Shown in pieces: positions 28,293 through 37,317 of a DNA stretch of 64,000 nt. Origin of the DNA: an uncultured Thiotrichales bacterium (GTDB lineage: Bacteria; Pseudomonadota; Gammaproteobacteria; UWMA-0217); NCBI GenBank assembly GCA_964620675.1, contig CAZUJU010000008.1, positions 16,434-80,433 of the forward strand, in the 5' to 3' direction. The first letter of the stretch is position 1, and the number at the start of each line of letters is the position of its first letter. The notes under the pieces were generated by a model that saw nothing but the letters and a program-made list of their open reading frames with translations, was not told the origin of the DNA and made no database searches. A program made the translations under genes and the position numbers.

Positions 28293-29245
28293 CTCCGCTG
28301 CAACCCGTCCAACGCAAGGCTCAGTGCGGCTTTACGCTGATTGAACTGATGATTTCGATGGTGATCGGCCTGTTGACGCTAGGCGCGGTGATCAAGGTCT
28401 ACCTGGTGAACAACCAGACCTACCGCACCCAGACCGCGCTGTCGACTATGCAACAAAGCGCCCGTCACGCCCTCGATGTCCTCGGCTTCGAGTTGCGGAT
28501 GGCCGGCTTCTCTGGTTGCAGCAACCTCGATGTCCTGGTGCCAAGTGTGTTGACCAACGCCGAAATTACCTGGCCCAACGACGAGGTCGGTCAGCGTCTG
28601 GTCGGGGAAAACGGCGAGGACGACGCACCCGATGCCATCACCATCGCTCGCGGTGGCGCCTGCGGCGCACAGCTGAACCAGATCATGACCGATACCGTGA
28701 GTGATCTACAAACCGAGGACGCCACGCGCTGCGAGTGGGACGCCGGCGCGCGCTTGATGATCGCCGATTGCGGCAGTGTCGATGTGTTCGAGGCCACCGC
28801 CGTGGCCCAAGCGGGAGGGTCGACAGTGATCGAACATTCCGCCGCGGCGAATGTCACCGGCAACCTTTCGAAGGCTTACGGCACCGAAGCCCAGGTGATG
28901 GCGCTCGAGTTCAATGCGTTCACGGTGCAGGACGGTCCGACCGGCGAGCCCGCGCTGTTCCGCGGCAACGAGGTGTTGGTCGATGGCGTGGAGGACATGC
29001 AGCTGCGATTCGGTTTCGACAACAACGGCGATCGGGCGGTCGACAGCTACGTCGAGGCCGGCGACGTCACCGACTGGTTCGGGGTGTTGAGTGTCGAGAT
29101 CAACCTGCTGCTGCGTACCCCGCAAGATGGCCTCGCGGTCGAGCCGCAAACTTACACCTTCAACGGCGAGACCCGTACCGCGCCCGACCGGCGGTTGCGG
29201 CGCAGCTACTCCCAGGTCGTGACCCTACGCAACCGTGTGATATGA
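28289..29245 (+). CDS. pilW: Type IV pilus minor pilin PilW
   Basis: Leader …KAQCG/FTLIELMISMVIGLL followed by TMQQSARHALDVLGFELRMAGFSGC. ATGA overlaps at both ends. Confidence 0.8.
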   Translation: MTPLQPVQRKAQCGFTLIELMISMVIGLLTLGAVIKVYLVNNQTYRTQTALSTMQQSARHALDVLGFELRMAGFSGCSNLDVLVPSVLTNAEITWPNDEVGQRLVGENGEDDAPDAITIARGGACGAQLNQIMTDTVSDLQTEDATRCEWDAGARLMIADCGSVDVFEATAVAQAGGSTVIEHSAAANVTGNLSKAYGTEAQVMALEFNAFTVQDGPTGEPALFRGNEVLVDGVEDMQLRFGFDNNGDRAVDSYVEAGDVTDWFGVLSVEINLLLRTPQDGLAVEPQTYTFNGETRTAPDRRLRRSYSQVVTLRNRVI

Positions 29246-29811
29246 CGATGCAAACACCGCTCAATGCTGTACGAGAACTCCAAGGCGCCGGACGGCAACA
29301 GGGTTTTACCCTGATCGTCGCGCTGATCGTGTTGATGGTCATTACCCTGACGGCGATGAGCGCGGTGCGCTCCGTCACCCTGGAGGAGCGCATGATTGCC
29401 AACGATCGCGACCGCGGACTGGCATTCCAGGCGGCCGAGGCAGCGGTGCGCGACGGCATTGCCTGGCTTGAGGCGCAGGGGGGACCGATCGTGGCGAGTG
29501 GCGACGGCGATCTCGGTGTCTGGACGCTCGGCAGCGTGGCGCTCGACGAGTTGTACACCCCGGCGTTCTGGGTCGACACCGAGAACCTGCATGACTACCC
29601 GCTCTCGCCCGCCTTGAACGTCGTCGCCGGCGTGGCCGAGCAACCGCGCTTTCTGGTTGAAGAACTCGCATTCGCGCCGGATGACAACGATCCGGCCACG
29701 ATCGCAGCCCGGCGCGGATTCTTTTTTTACCGCATCACCGCACGCGGTCTCGGTGGCACCGAGACCGCGCGCTCGCTGGTGCAAGCGTTTCATCGTATTC
29801 GATATTTCTAG
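29242..29811 (+). CDS. pilX: Type IV pilus minor pilin PilX
   Basis: …GRQQG/FTLIVALIVLMVITLTAMSAVRSVTLEERMIAN is PilX-like (it lacks Glu5). Only the last 190 codons of the 358-aa track ORF are used. Confidence 0.7.
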   Translation: MTMQTPLNAVRELQGAGRQQGFTLIVALIVLMVITLTAMSAVRSVTLEERMIANDRDRGLAFQAAEAAVRDGIAWLEAQGGPIVASGDGDLGVWTLGSVALDELYTPAFWVDTENLHDYPLSPALNVVAGVAEQPRFLVEELAFAPDDNDPATIAARRGFFFYRITARGLGGTETARSLVQAFHRIRYF

Positions 29812-29823
29812 GTGGGAATCGCC

Positions 29824-32800
29824 ATGACCAAGTTTGATTGGATCGGCGCGCTCAAGCGCGCCACGGGTATTTTCGCGTTAGCCCTGTTGTTTCCGGGGGT
29901 GGGCGGCGCCGCACTCAACATCAGCGATACGCCGCTGTTCCTGGGCGGAAACCAGCCGCCGCTGACGCTCTTGGTGATGGGCCGCGATCACAAGTTGTAC
30001 TACGAGGCCTATAACGATGCTTCGGATCTCGATGGCGATGGCGACCTCGAAGTCGGATTCAAACCGGCGCTGGATTACTACGGCTACTTTGATTCGTACA
30101 CTTGCTATACCTACGACACGGTCAACGGCCGCTTCAACCCATCTGGCAGTTCCGCAAGCAAGAAATGTTCGTCGAAATGGAGCGGTAATTTTCTGAATTA
30201 CCTCACGATGTCGCGGATGGACCTGTTGCGCAAGGTGCTCTACGGCGGCTACCGCGCGGTCGACAGTACGACTGAAACGGTCCTGGAGCGGTCGCATATT
30301 CCGCAGGACGCCCATAGCTGGGGCAAGGAGTACACCAGTGTCGCGATCGATGGCTACGACATCAGCGAGTATGCCCCTTATTCGCTGCCGAACGCGGGAA
30401 AGCGCCATCTGTTCGCGAATACCACGTTGCTTAATGATGCGAGTAAAGGCCCGCTGCTGCGAGTCTCGTTGAATCAGTCAAAGAGAATTTGGGATTGGGT
30501 GAGCAAAGAGCGGCCCGTCGCGGATTCGAGTGTGTCCCCGATCTCCGATCTTGCCGTTCGGGTCAGCGTTTGTAACAGCACCGCGCCGGAATCGAACTGT
30601 AAACGCTATCCCAACGGCAATTACAAGCCGACCGGTTTGTTGCACACCCATGGTGAAAACGACGGGATGGCCTTTGGTCTGCTGACGGGTTCCTACGCCA
30701 AGCACATGTCCGGTGGCGTCTTGCGTAAACCCGTCGGGTCGTTCGTCGACGAGGTCAACGCCAATGACGGTCGATTTACGGCAATCAACGGCATCGTCAA
30801 GACCATCGACAAGCTTAAAACCGTGGGCTTCGGCGGCAACTATGTGTACAACTGCGGCTGGAACGCGGCGACCCGGCCAATGAACGAAGGCGAGTGCCGG
30901 ATGTGGGGCAACCCGATTGCCGAGATGATGTACGAGGGTTTGCGCTATTTCGCCGGCAAGAAGCAGCCAACCGCCGCGTTTTCAATTGCAAGCTCCGGCA
31001 ATGACGATGCGACTTTGGGTTTGCCACTGCCGACCTGGAACGATCCCTATGACACAGGTGGCGCCAAGGAGTGCGCCAAAGCGTTCCAGCTGGTCATCAG
31101 TGACATCAATCCGTCCTACGACACCGACCAGTTGCCAGGATCCGAATTCTCCTCGTTTTCTGGCGATCTCGCCGGCTTGAATGTTTCGGCGCTGGCACAA
31201 ACCATTACCGCTTACGAGCCCGATGTGGCCGGTCTGCGCTTTATCGGCGAGTCCAACGGGGTATACGACGGCGCACCGACCGCAAAAGCGGTGCAAGGGT
31301 TGCATAACATCCGGGGTCTCGCACCGGAGGAGCCGACCAAACAGGGCGGGTATTACGCGTCGAGCGTAGCCTATTTCGGCAAACTGACGGATCTGCACAC
31401 CGCCAACGGCAAGCAACAGGTCGAGACCCTCGCGGTTGCCCTGGCATCGCCCTTGCCGCGAATCGAAATTCCTGTCGGAGGTCAGACCGTCACCCTGGTC
31501 CCGTTCGGCAAGTCGCCGGGTGGCGCGGTGGGTACCAACGTGATCACGGCGACCAAGGGTGACTACCAGCCGACCAACCAGATCGTTGACTTCTATGTGA
31601 TCCAGGTCAACAACACCAATGCCGGCAACACCGACGCCGGCGTCAATGGCGGCCGGCCTTTCTATCGCTTCGCGATCAACTTCGAAGATGTTGAACAAGG
31701 CGGTGACCACGACATGGACGCGATCGTGGAGTACACCATCGCGGTAACGGCCAATGGTCAGATTGAGGTCGCGCTGGAATCGACCTATGCCGCGGGCAGC
31801 ATCATTCAGCACATGGGCTATGTCATATCCGGAACCACCGCAGATGGGACTTATCTCGAGGTGCGTGACAAAGATACCGACGCAACGAAAGACCCCGACT
31901 ACTTTCTCGACACCCCGCCCGGCGTGCTGCCCGGGACCGAGGAGGGCTGGAAGGATAATGTGGCGCTTCCACTGAGCGCGACGCGGACCTTCACGCCCAG
32001 CAGTACCCCCGCAGCGACGCTGCTCAAAGACCCGCTGTGGTATGCGGCGAAGTGGGGCGGGTTCAAGGACCTCAACGGTAACAACCGCCCCGATCCCGGC
32101 GAGTGGGACGCGCGCAAGGCCGGGCAGCCCGACAACTACTTTCCGGTGACCAACCCGATTCACCTTCAGCAACAGTTGGCGGCGGCGTTCGACCTGCTGG
32201 CGAGCAAGGCGGACACCGGAACCGCGACGGCGGTCAACGGTCTGTCGACGCGCACCGCCTCGATGGTGTTTCAGGCGACCTTCGACTCCTCCGACTGGTC
32301 CGGCGATCTCAAGGCGCTGGCGTTGAACACCAACGGCACGCTCGGCGATGTGTTGTGGCGGGCCGGTGACAAACTCGCTGCGACCACGCCGAGCCAACGC
32401 GTCGTACTGACCTGGAATGACCACCTTAAAAAAGGCGTCCCGTTCACCTGGGGCCAACTTTCCGATGCCCAGCGTTTGGCCCTTAAAGGTTCGGATCCGG
32501 CCGAGACCGGGCAGGACCGGCTCGACTTCCTGCGCGGTGAGCGCGGTCAGGAAGGCACGACCTTTCGCCAGCGTGGGTCGCTGCTGGGGGATGTTCTGAA
32601 CTCTGCGCCGGTCTATGTCCCGCCGCCGTCCGCGTTTCAGGTCGTCGCGGAAGCCAACAAGGCCTCTTTCAGGGAATTCGTTAGCGCCAACGCGCAGCGG
32701 ACACCGATGGTTTTCGTTGGCGCGAACGACGGCATGGTGCACGGTTTTAACGCGACGACCGGGGCTGAGTTGCTGGCTTACGTGCCGAGCCCCGGATTCG

Positions 32801-34152
32801 CCAAACTGGCCCAGCTCACGCAACCAACCTATGGCCACGCCGCGTTCGCCGATGGCGCTCTGACGGTCACCGAAAACCTTCTTGGCGACAGGGGTTGGGT
32901 GACCTCGCTCGTGGGCGGACTCGGCCTCGGTGGCCGCGCGCTCTTTGCGTTGGATATCACCGACCCGACCGCTTTTAGCGAGGCCAACGCCGAGGATCTG
33001 GTGTTGTGGGAATTCACCCATCCCGATCTCGGCTACACCTTTGGCCGACCGGTGGTGACGCGGGTCCGGGGTGGCGCCGATGTGGTCCTGTTCGGCAGCG
33101 GCTACAACACCCCGAACGGCTCGGCACCGGCGCTCTATATCGTCGGGTTGGGCGATGGCAATCTGGTCCGCCGCATCCCGATCCCGAACACCTTTACCGA
33201 TAACGCCCTGGCGCACGTCCGCGCGGTGGATCTCGATAACGATTCCGAGACCGACGTCGTCCTTGCCGGTGATTTGCATGGCAATCTGTGGATGTTCGAC
33301 CTGTCGGCGAATCAGGCGAGCGAGTGGCGTATAGCGCATGGAACCAGCAGCGAACCGGCGCCTGCATTCGTTGCCCGTAACTCAGCGGATCAGCGCCAGC
33401 CGATCACGACCGCGCCGGTGGTTCGCAAGCACCCCAAAGGGCGTGGCTTGCAGGTATTTTTCGGCACCGGCAAGTATCTCGAACCGACCGATGTGCAGTC
33501 CGGCCAGGTGCAGACCTTCTATTCGATCTGGATCGCCGATGACCTCGAAAACGGCACGTTACAGCTGAACAGCACCCAATTCACTCGGGACGATCTGTTG
33601 CAGCAACAGATCCTTGCCACCGCCGAGAATCAGTTTCTGCGCAAGGATGTTCGCGTAACCACCAACCACCCGATCGATTGGGCAACGCATAAGGGCTGGT
33701 ATCTCGATCTTGATGTCGAACTCGGCGAGCGGGTGCATCAAGCGCCGTTCCTGCGCGGCGAGCGGGTGATTTTCGCGAGCGTCACCCCATCGAGCGACGC
33801 CTGTACCGGTGGCGGTACGAGCTGGATCTACGAGGTGGATCTCACCTCTGGCAGCCGCCTCAAAACGCCGCCTTTTGATTTCAACAACGACAATTCATTC
33901 GACCTGAAAGACTACGTGACAGTCGATTGGGACGTGAATGGCGATGGCAAGATCAATGCCAGCGACCGCGTGGTCGGCAGCGCGCTGCGTCTCGACGATG
34001 CCGGCGTGGTGTTTCTCGACGGTAACGCTGTTCTGACCCACGGCAACAGCGAAATCAAAATGCTGGGTACTTCGCTGGGAGGCGTGCAGCCGGTCGCGGA
34101 GTCCGGCAGTTCGTCACCACCGACCACCTGGCGTCAACTGATGGAGCCGTGA
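29824..34152 (+). CDS. pilY1: PilY1-family type IV pilus tip adhesin / biogenesis factor (about 1442 aa)
   Basis: AGGTGG lies 8 nt before ATG 29824. Signal peptide …FPGVGGAA. The N-terminal region is typical of PilY1 (PPLTLLVMGRDHKLYYEAYND, LLTGSYAKHMSGGVLRK). The C-terminal propeller carries the PilY1 Ca site VDLDNDSETDVVLAGDLHGNLWMFDL. The position between pilX and pilE fits. Confidence 0.85.
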   Translation: MTKFDWIGALKRATGIFALALLFPGVGGAALNISDTPLFLGGNQPPLTLLVMGRDHKLYYEAYNDASDLDGDGDLEVGFKPALDYYGYFDSYTCYTYDTVNGRFNPSGSSASKKCSSKWSGNFLNYLTMSRMDLLRKVLYGGYRAVDSTTETVLERSHIPQDAHSWGKEYTSVAIDGYDISEYAPYSLPNAGKRHLFANTTLLNDASKGPLLRVSLNQSKRIWDWVSKERPVADSSVSPISDLAVRVSVCNSTAPESNCKRYPNGNYKPTGLLHTHGENDGMAFGLLTGSYAKHMSGGVLRKPVGSFVDEVNANDGRFTAINGIVKTIDKLKTVGFGGNYVYNCGWNAATRPMNEGECRMWGNPIAEMMYEGLRYFAGKKQPTAAFSIASSGNDDATLGLPLPTWNDPYDTGGAKECAKAFQLVISDINPSYDTDQLPGSEFSSFSGDLAGLNVSALAQTITAYEPDVAGLRFIGESNGVYDGAPTAKAVQGLHNIRGLAPEEPTKQGGYYASSVAYFGKLTDLHTANGKQQVETLAVALASPLPRIEIPVGGQTVTLVPFGKSPGGAVGTNVITATKGDYQPTNQIVDFYVIQVNNTNAGNTDAGVNGGRPFYRFAINFEDVEQGGDHDMDAIVEYTIAVTANGQIEVALESTYAAGSIIQHMGYVISGTTADGTYLEVRDKDTDATKDPDYFLDTPPGVLPGTEEGWKDNVALPLSATRTFTPSSTPAATLLKDPLWYAAKWGGFKDLNGNNRPDPGEWDARKAGQPDNYFPVTNPIHLQQQLAAAFDLLASKADTGTATAVNGLSTRTASMVFQATFDSSDWSGDLKALALNTNGTLGDVLWRAGDKLAATTPSQRVVLTWNDHLKKGVPFTWGQLSDAQRLALKGSDPAETGQDRLDFLRGERGQEGTTFRQRGSLLGDVLNSAPVYVPPPSAFQVVAEANKASFREFVSANAQRTPMVFVGANDGMVHGFNATTGAELLAYVPSPGFAKLAQLTQPTYGHAAFADGALTVTENLLGDRGWVTSLVGGLGLGGRALFALDITDPTAFSEANAEDLVLWEFTHPDLGYTFGRPVVTRVRGGADVVLFGSGYNTPNGSAPALYIVGLGDGNLVRRIPIPNTFTDNALAHVRAVDLDNDSETDVVLAGDLHGNLWMFDLSANQASEWRIAHGTSSEPAPAFVARNSADQRQPITTAPVVRKHPKGRGLQVFFGTGKYLEPTDVQSGQVQTFYSIWIADDLENGTLQLNSTQFTRDDLLQQQILATAENQFLRKDVRVTTNHPIDWATHKGWYLDLDVELGERVHQAPFLRGERVIFASVTPSSDACTGGGTSWIYEVDLTSGSRLKTPPFDFNNDNSFDLKDYVTVDWDVNGDGKINASDRVVGSALRLDDAGVVFLDGNAVLTHGNSEIKMLGTSLGGVQPVAESGSSSPPTTWRQLMEP

Positions 34153-34625
34153 TGCGTATGCCAATCAAGTCGCTAAAGTCGCGCCGCGCCACAGCCGGCT
34201 TTTCCCTGATCGAGCTGATGGTCGCGTTGGTCATCGTCGGGGTCCTGGCCTCGGTTGCGGTGCCGTCGTATCAGGAGCAGGTGCGCAAAGGTCGCCGCAC
34301 CGATGCGAAGATCACACTGGCCGAAACGGCGCATGTGCTTGAACGTTGCTTTGCCACCAATCTGACCTACAACGATTGTCCGATCGGTGCCGACGGCGAA
34401 GGCGGTATCGCACGCACCGATCTCGGCGAGACCGTATCGCTGCCGTCGCGGGAGGGCTGGTATGTCGTGTCGGTCGAAGTCCCCTCCGCAGTGACGTTCA
34501 CGCTTACGGCGGCGCCCAGCGAATCCGGGGTGATGCACAGCGATACGCGCTGCGCCGAGTACACCTTAGATCAGACCGGCGCCAAGGGGATCAGCGGGGA
34601 GGGCAAGACCAGCGACTGCTGGTGA
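34152..34625 (+). CDS. pilE: Type IV minor pilin PilE-like
   Basis: …ATAG/FSLIELMVALVIVGVLASVAVPSYQEQVRKGRRTDAK is a type IVa pilin N-terminus, with a C-terminal Cys pair (C…C). The start overlaps the pilY1 stop. Confidence 0.8.
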   Translation: MRMPIKSLKSRRATAGFSLIELMVALVIVGVLASVAVPSYQEQVRKGRRTDAKITLAETAHVLERCFATNLTYNDCPIGADGEGGIARTDLGETVSLPSREGWYVVSVEVPSAVTFTLTAAPSESGVMHSDTRCAEYTLDQTGAKGISGEGKTSDCW

Positions 34626-34647
34626 AGCCTGAGGCGATCGGCGCGGT

Positions 34648-35382
34648 TCAAACGGGGTACGGAACTACGTCGAGGATGTGGGCACAGGTGCCGCGGATCT
34701 CGAATCTAACGTCGTAACGGTCGACCCGCATGCCATATAGGCGGGCGCTGTCGCGCTCGGCGCGGTACGCCGGGCGCGGGTCGAGACGCAACATGGCTTC
34801 GATCAGGGCGCGCAGATCCCAGCCGACGGATATCCTCGCCGCGTCGATCTGAGTGGCGGCCGCATTCGACCACGCAATCGTCAGACATTCTGCGGGCGCA
34901 TCGTCGGCATAACCGCCGATCGCACCTCCAATCGCGTCGGCGTACGGCAGATATGGCTTGATATCCAGCACTGGCGTCGCGTCCAGCAGGTCATGTCCGG
35001 AAATCCGCAGTAAGATTTCGGAGCCTGCGGCCTCGACCGCTTCGAGGCGTACCACCGATTGACCGATTCGGTTGGGTCGATGAGTGCTGCGGCTTGCGAA
35101 CACGCCGACTCGGGTGTTGCCTCCGAGTCGCGGCGGACGCGCAGTCAGGCCGGTTTGCTCGGCAGGGATTGCGTGCATCAGAAACAACACCCAGATATGT
35201 GAAAAAGCCTCGAGTCCGCGCACCGCATCGGGCTGATTGTACGGTGGCAGCAGTTCAATCGTGCCGGGTACGGCTGAGATCAATCCCGGTTGCCGCGGTA
35301 TGCCGAACTTCTCTTTGAAGGGTGAATGCACAACCCCGACCGGAATCAGCATCGGCGTCGCGGCGACTGGCGGTAGGTCCAT
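34648..35382 (-). CDS. trmO: tRNA (N6-threonylcarbamoyladenosine(37)-N6)-methyltransferase TrmO (TsaA/YaeB family)
   Basis: IPVGVVHSPFKEKFGIPRQPGL…FSHIWVLF…RPNRIGQSVVRL is a YaeB/TsaA-type sequence. The start is set at internal ATG 35380-35382. Confidence 0.8.
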   Translation of the reverse strand: MDLPPVAATPMLIPVGVVHSPFKEKFGIPRQPGLISAVPGTIELLPPYNQPDAVRGLEAFSHIWVLFLMHAIPAEQTGLTARPPRLGGNTRVGVFASRSTHRPNRIGQSVVRLEAVEAAGSEILLRISGHDLLDATPVLDIKPYLPYADAIGGAIGGYADDAPAECLTIAWSNAAATQIDAARISVGWDLRALIEAMLRLDPRPAYRAERDSARLYGMRVDRYDVRFEIRGTCAHILDVVPYPV

Positions 35383-35499
35383 GGAACAATCGGCGGCGTG
35401 ATCTTTGTCAACTTTGTGACTACCCACTACATTATAAATTGCTACTTGTGGCGAGGGCTCGAAAGCTCAGTTAACCCGAACGATAGAGGTACGAATCAG

Positions 35500-35916
35500 A
35501 TGAAAAAAGCGATTGGAAAATTGGTTCTGACAGGCGCGTTACTCGCGGTCGCGGGCAGTGCGAATGCATGGTGGGGCCCGGGTTGGGGCGGTCCCGGCTG
35601 GGGCGGATGGGGTCCCGGAGGCTGGGGCGGTCCGGGCTGGGGTGCGCCCGCATGGGGTGGCCCGGGCTGGGGCGGTCCAGGTTGGGGCGCGCCGGCTTGG
35701 GGGGGGCCGGGCTGGGGCGGCCCAGATTGGGGCGGATACCCGGTATACGGCGGGCATCCGGCGGTTGGTGAAGGTTTCGGCGATTTCGCCGCCGAGGAGA
35801 AAAAGCTCCGTGAGGAGGCTCAAGCCCGTCGCGAGCAAATGATGGAGCAGATGCAGAAGGCGCGCGATGAGTGGCAAAAATCGCGCGGCGATCAGCGCCC
35901 GCGCGCGGCCGAATAG
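35500..35916 (+). CDS. Secreted Gly/Trp/Pro-repeat protein with charged helical C-terminus (function unknown)
   Basis: AGAGGT lies 10 nt upstream of ATG 35500. Sec signal MKKAIGKLVLTGALLAVAGSANA/WW. A 56-residue (GPGWG)n block contains 13 Trp. The C-terminus is EEKKLREEAQARREQMMEQMQKARDEWQKSRGDQRP. Confidence 0.75.
   Translation: MKKAIGKLVLTGALLAVAGSANAWWGPGWGGPGWGGWGPGGWGGPGWGAPAWGGPGWGGPGWGAPAWGGPGWGGPDWGGYPVYGGHPAVGEGFGDFAAEEKKLREEAQARREQMMEQMQKARDEWQKSRGDQRPRAAE
35569..35736 (+). repeat. In-frame 15-nt/45-nt tandem repeat encoding (G-P-G-W-G)n
   Basis: WWGPGWGGPGWGGWGPGGWGGPGWGAPAWGGPGWGGPGWGAPAWGGPGWGGPDWGG. The higher-order unit GGPGWGAPAWGGPGW occurs twice in tandem. Confidence 0.9.
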
Positions 35917-36012
35917 CGTTGCCGCGACCATCGACCGGCACGGATTCGCTTGGAACGTGTCGGCCGGTGGCGCGCATCCCGCCGGAAGCGGTGTGCATCG
36001 GTGTGCGTTGCA

Positions 36013-37317
36013 TCAGACGCGACGACCCGCCTTCAACGCGAGATAACAGTTCACCAACGCCAGCGTCAGCTGCTTCGGTGCCACGTCCAGCGTGGCGATA
36101 TGGCGTGCGCGTAGCGCCTCGATGAGCTGAGCGCGCCGGCGCAGAAACTCCAGCGTTCCGGTCAGGCGCAAGGCACCCTCAAGGTCATCGACGGGGTCGA
36201 GCAATAGGGAATCAATCACGCTTTCACGCACGCAGGCGAGTACTGTGCGGTGGCGACGTTGCAGCAGTTCCAGCGCCGGGCTCAGTTCGTCCGCCTCCTC
36301 CTCGCGCGGGTTGCCGAGCAGGATCACCAGGGCGCGACGGGACTGGCGTCGCAATAGCGTTGTCACGGCCCCAGAATAATCCGGTGGCGCGAGGGCGGGT
36401 TGCAAGTCGTAAACGGCCCGCAGGATTTGATGAAATTGGTTGCGGCCCGAGGCGGGCGCGAGCCATCGCGCGGGACCCCCAAACGTCGCGAGGCCAACCG
36501 CGTCGCCGTGACGCAGGGCAACGTGGGTCAGCATCAACATGGCTTCCAGCGTCTGATCGAAATGGGTCAACGCGCCGTCGCGCGAGCGCATACGCAGGCC
36601 GCAGTCAAGTAAGAACACGATGTGCTGATTACGCGCTTCCTGATACTCGCGCGAGGTAAGTTTGTGTTGGCGCGAGGTCGCCTTCCAGTCGATCTTGCGC
36701 AACGCGTCACCGGGCAGATACTCGCGCAGTTGCAGAAACTCGGTGCCTTCACCGCGCTGTGGTTGACGATGGACGCCGAGTTGTCCCAGCCGGTGGGTTG
36801 CTGCGAATCGCATGTAGTCCGCAATCGGTTTGAGATTCGGGAAGACTCGCACCGGTGTGTCCGCGCCGCAACGCAGCGTGCGCTGCCAGAGTCCGAGCGG
36901 AGATCCCAGGCGGATCCAGGTGGCTTCGAAACGCTTCGCGCCGCGTACGAGCGGGCGTACCGAATAGCGCAGCTGTGCAGCGTGTCCAGGTCGTAGTTCC
37001 ATCCATTGCGATGGGTAACGGACTTCGAAGTCGTCGGGCGGGTGATCGCGGACCTCGAGCGTGAGACGACGCGATCCGGGGTTGTGCAGCGCCAGCGTGA
37101 CTTCTCGCCAGGCGTTGAGCGGGAGTGGATCGTGACAAGTGCGGGAGCAGGTCGGCGACGGTTGACGCCAAGCCGCGACGGCATCGGCTGAAGCCGCGAC
37201 GGTCACTAAGCCCAACGCGACCCACCATCCGATCATCGCGTCCGGCCAGAAGCTGGCGGCGAGGCCGAGCGCGAACAGCAGCGTCAAGGCGCCGAGCAGC
37301 CGGCGGGCCGGTCTCAT
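36013..37317 (-). CDS. DUF58 (vWA-like) domain protein, MoxR partner
   Basis: N-terminal TM helices plus the DUF58 hallmark FLQLREYLPGDALRKIDWKATSRQHKL and the vWA-like IVFLLDCG. ATGA overlap with the MoxR gene. Confidence 0.85.
   Translation of the reverse strand: MRPARRLLGALTLLFALGLAASFWPDAMIGWWVALGLVTVAASADAVAAWRQPSPTCSRTCHDPLPLNAWREVTLALHNPGSRRLTLEVRDHPPDDFEVRYPSQWMELRPGHAAQLRYSVRPLVRGAKRFEATWIRLGSPLGLWQRTLRCGADTPVRVFPNLKPIADYMRFAATHRLGQLGVHRQPQRGEGTEFLQLREYLPGDALRKIDWKATSRQHKLTSREYQEARNQHIVFLLDCGLRMRSRDGALTHFDQTLEAMLMLTHVALRHGDAVGLATFGGPARWLAPASGRNQFHQILRAVYDLQPALAPPDYSGAVTTLLRRQSRRALVILLGNPREEEADELSPALELLQRRHRTVLACVRESVIDSLLLDPVDDLEGALRLTGTLEFLRRRAQLIEALRARHIATLDVAPKQLTLALVNCYLALKAGRRV

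Noticed and set aside
28735-29241. Upstream two-thirds of the 358-aa track ORF (28735-29811)
   Set aside because: It is out of frame and overlaps the PilW coding region. Only the portion from ATG 29242, which has a prepilin-type leader, is PilX.
30982-33339. 785-aa minus-strand ORF
   Set aside because: It is antisense to pilY1. It is long only because of GC-rich codon bias and is Arg/Gly/Val-rich with no domain pattern.
35471-36013. Minus-strand ORFs (180 aa and 130 aa) and plus-strand alternative frames across the Gly/Trp repeat
   Set aside because: They are mirror-image Pro/Arg/Ala-rich frames generated by the GGN-rich tandem repeat. Only the +frame from ATG 35500 has an SD, a signal peptide and a coherent C-terminal domain.
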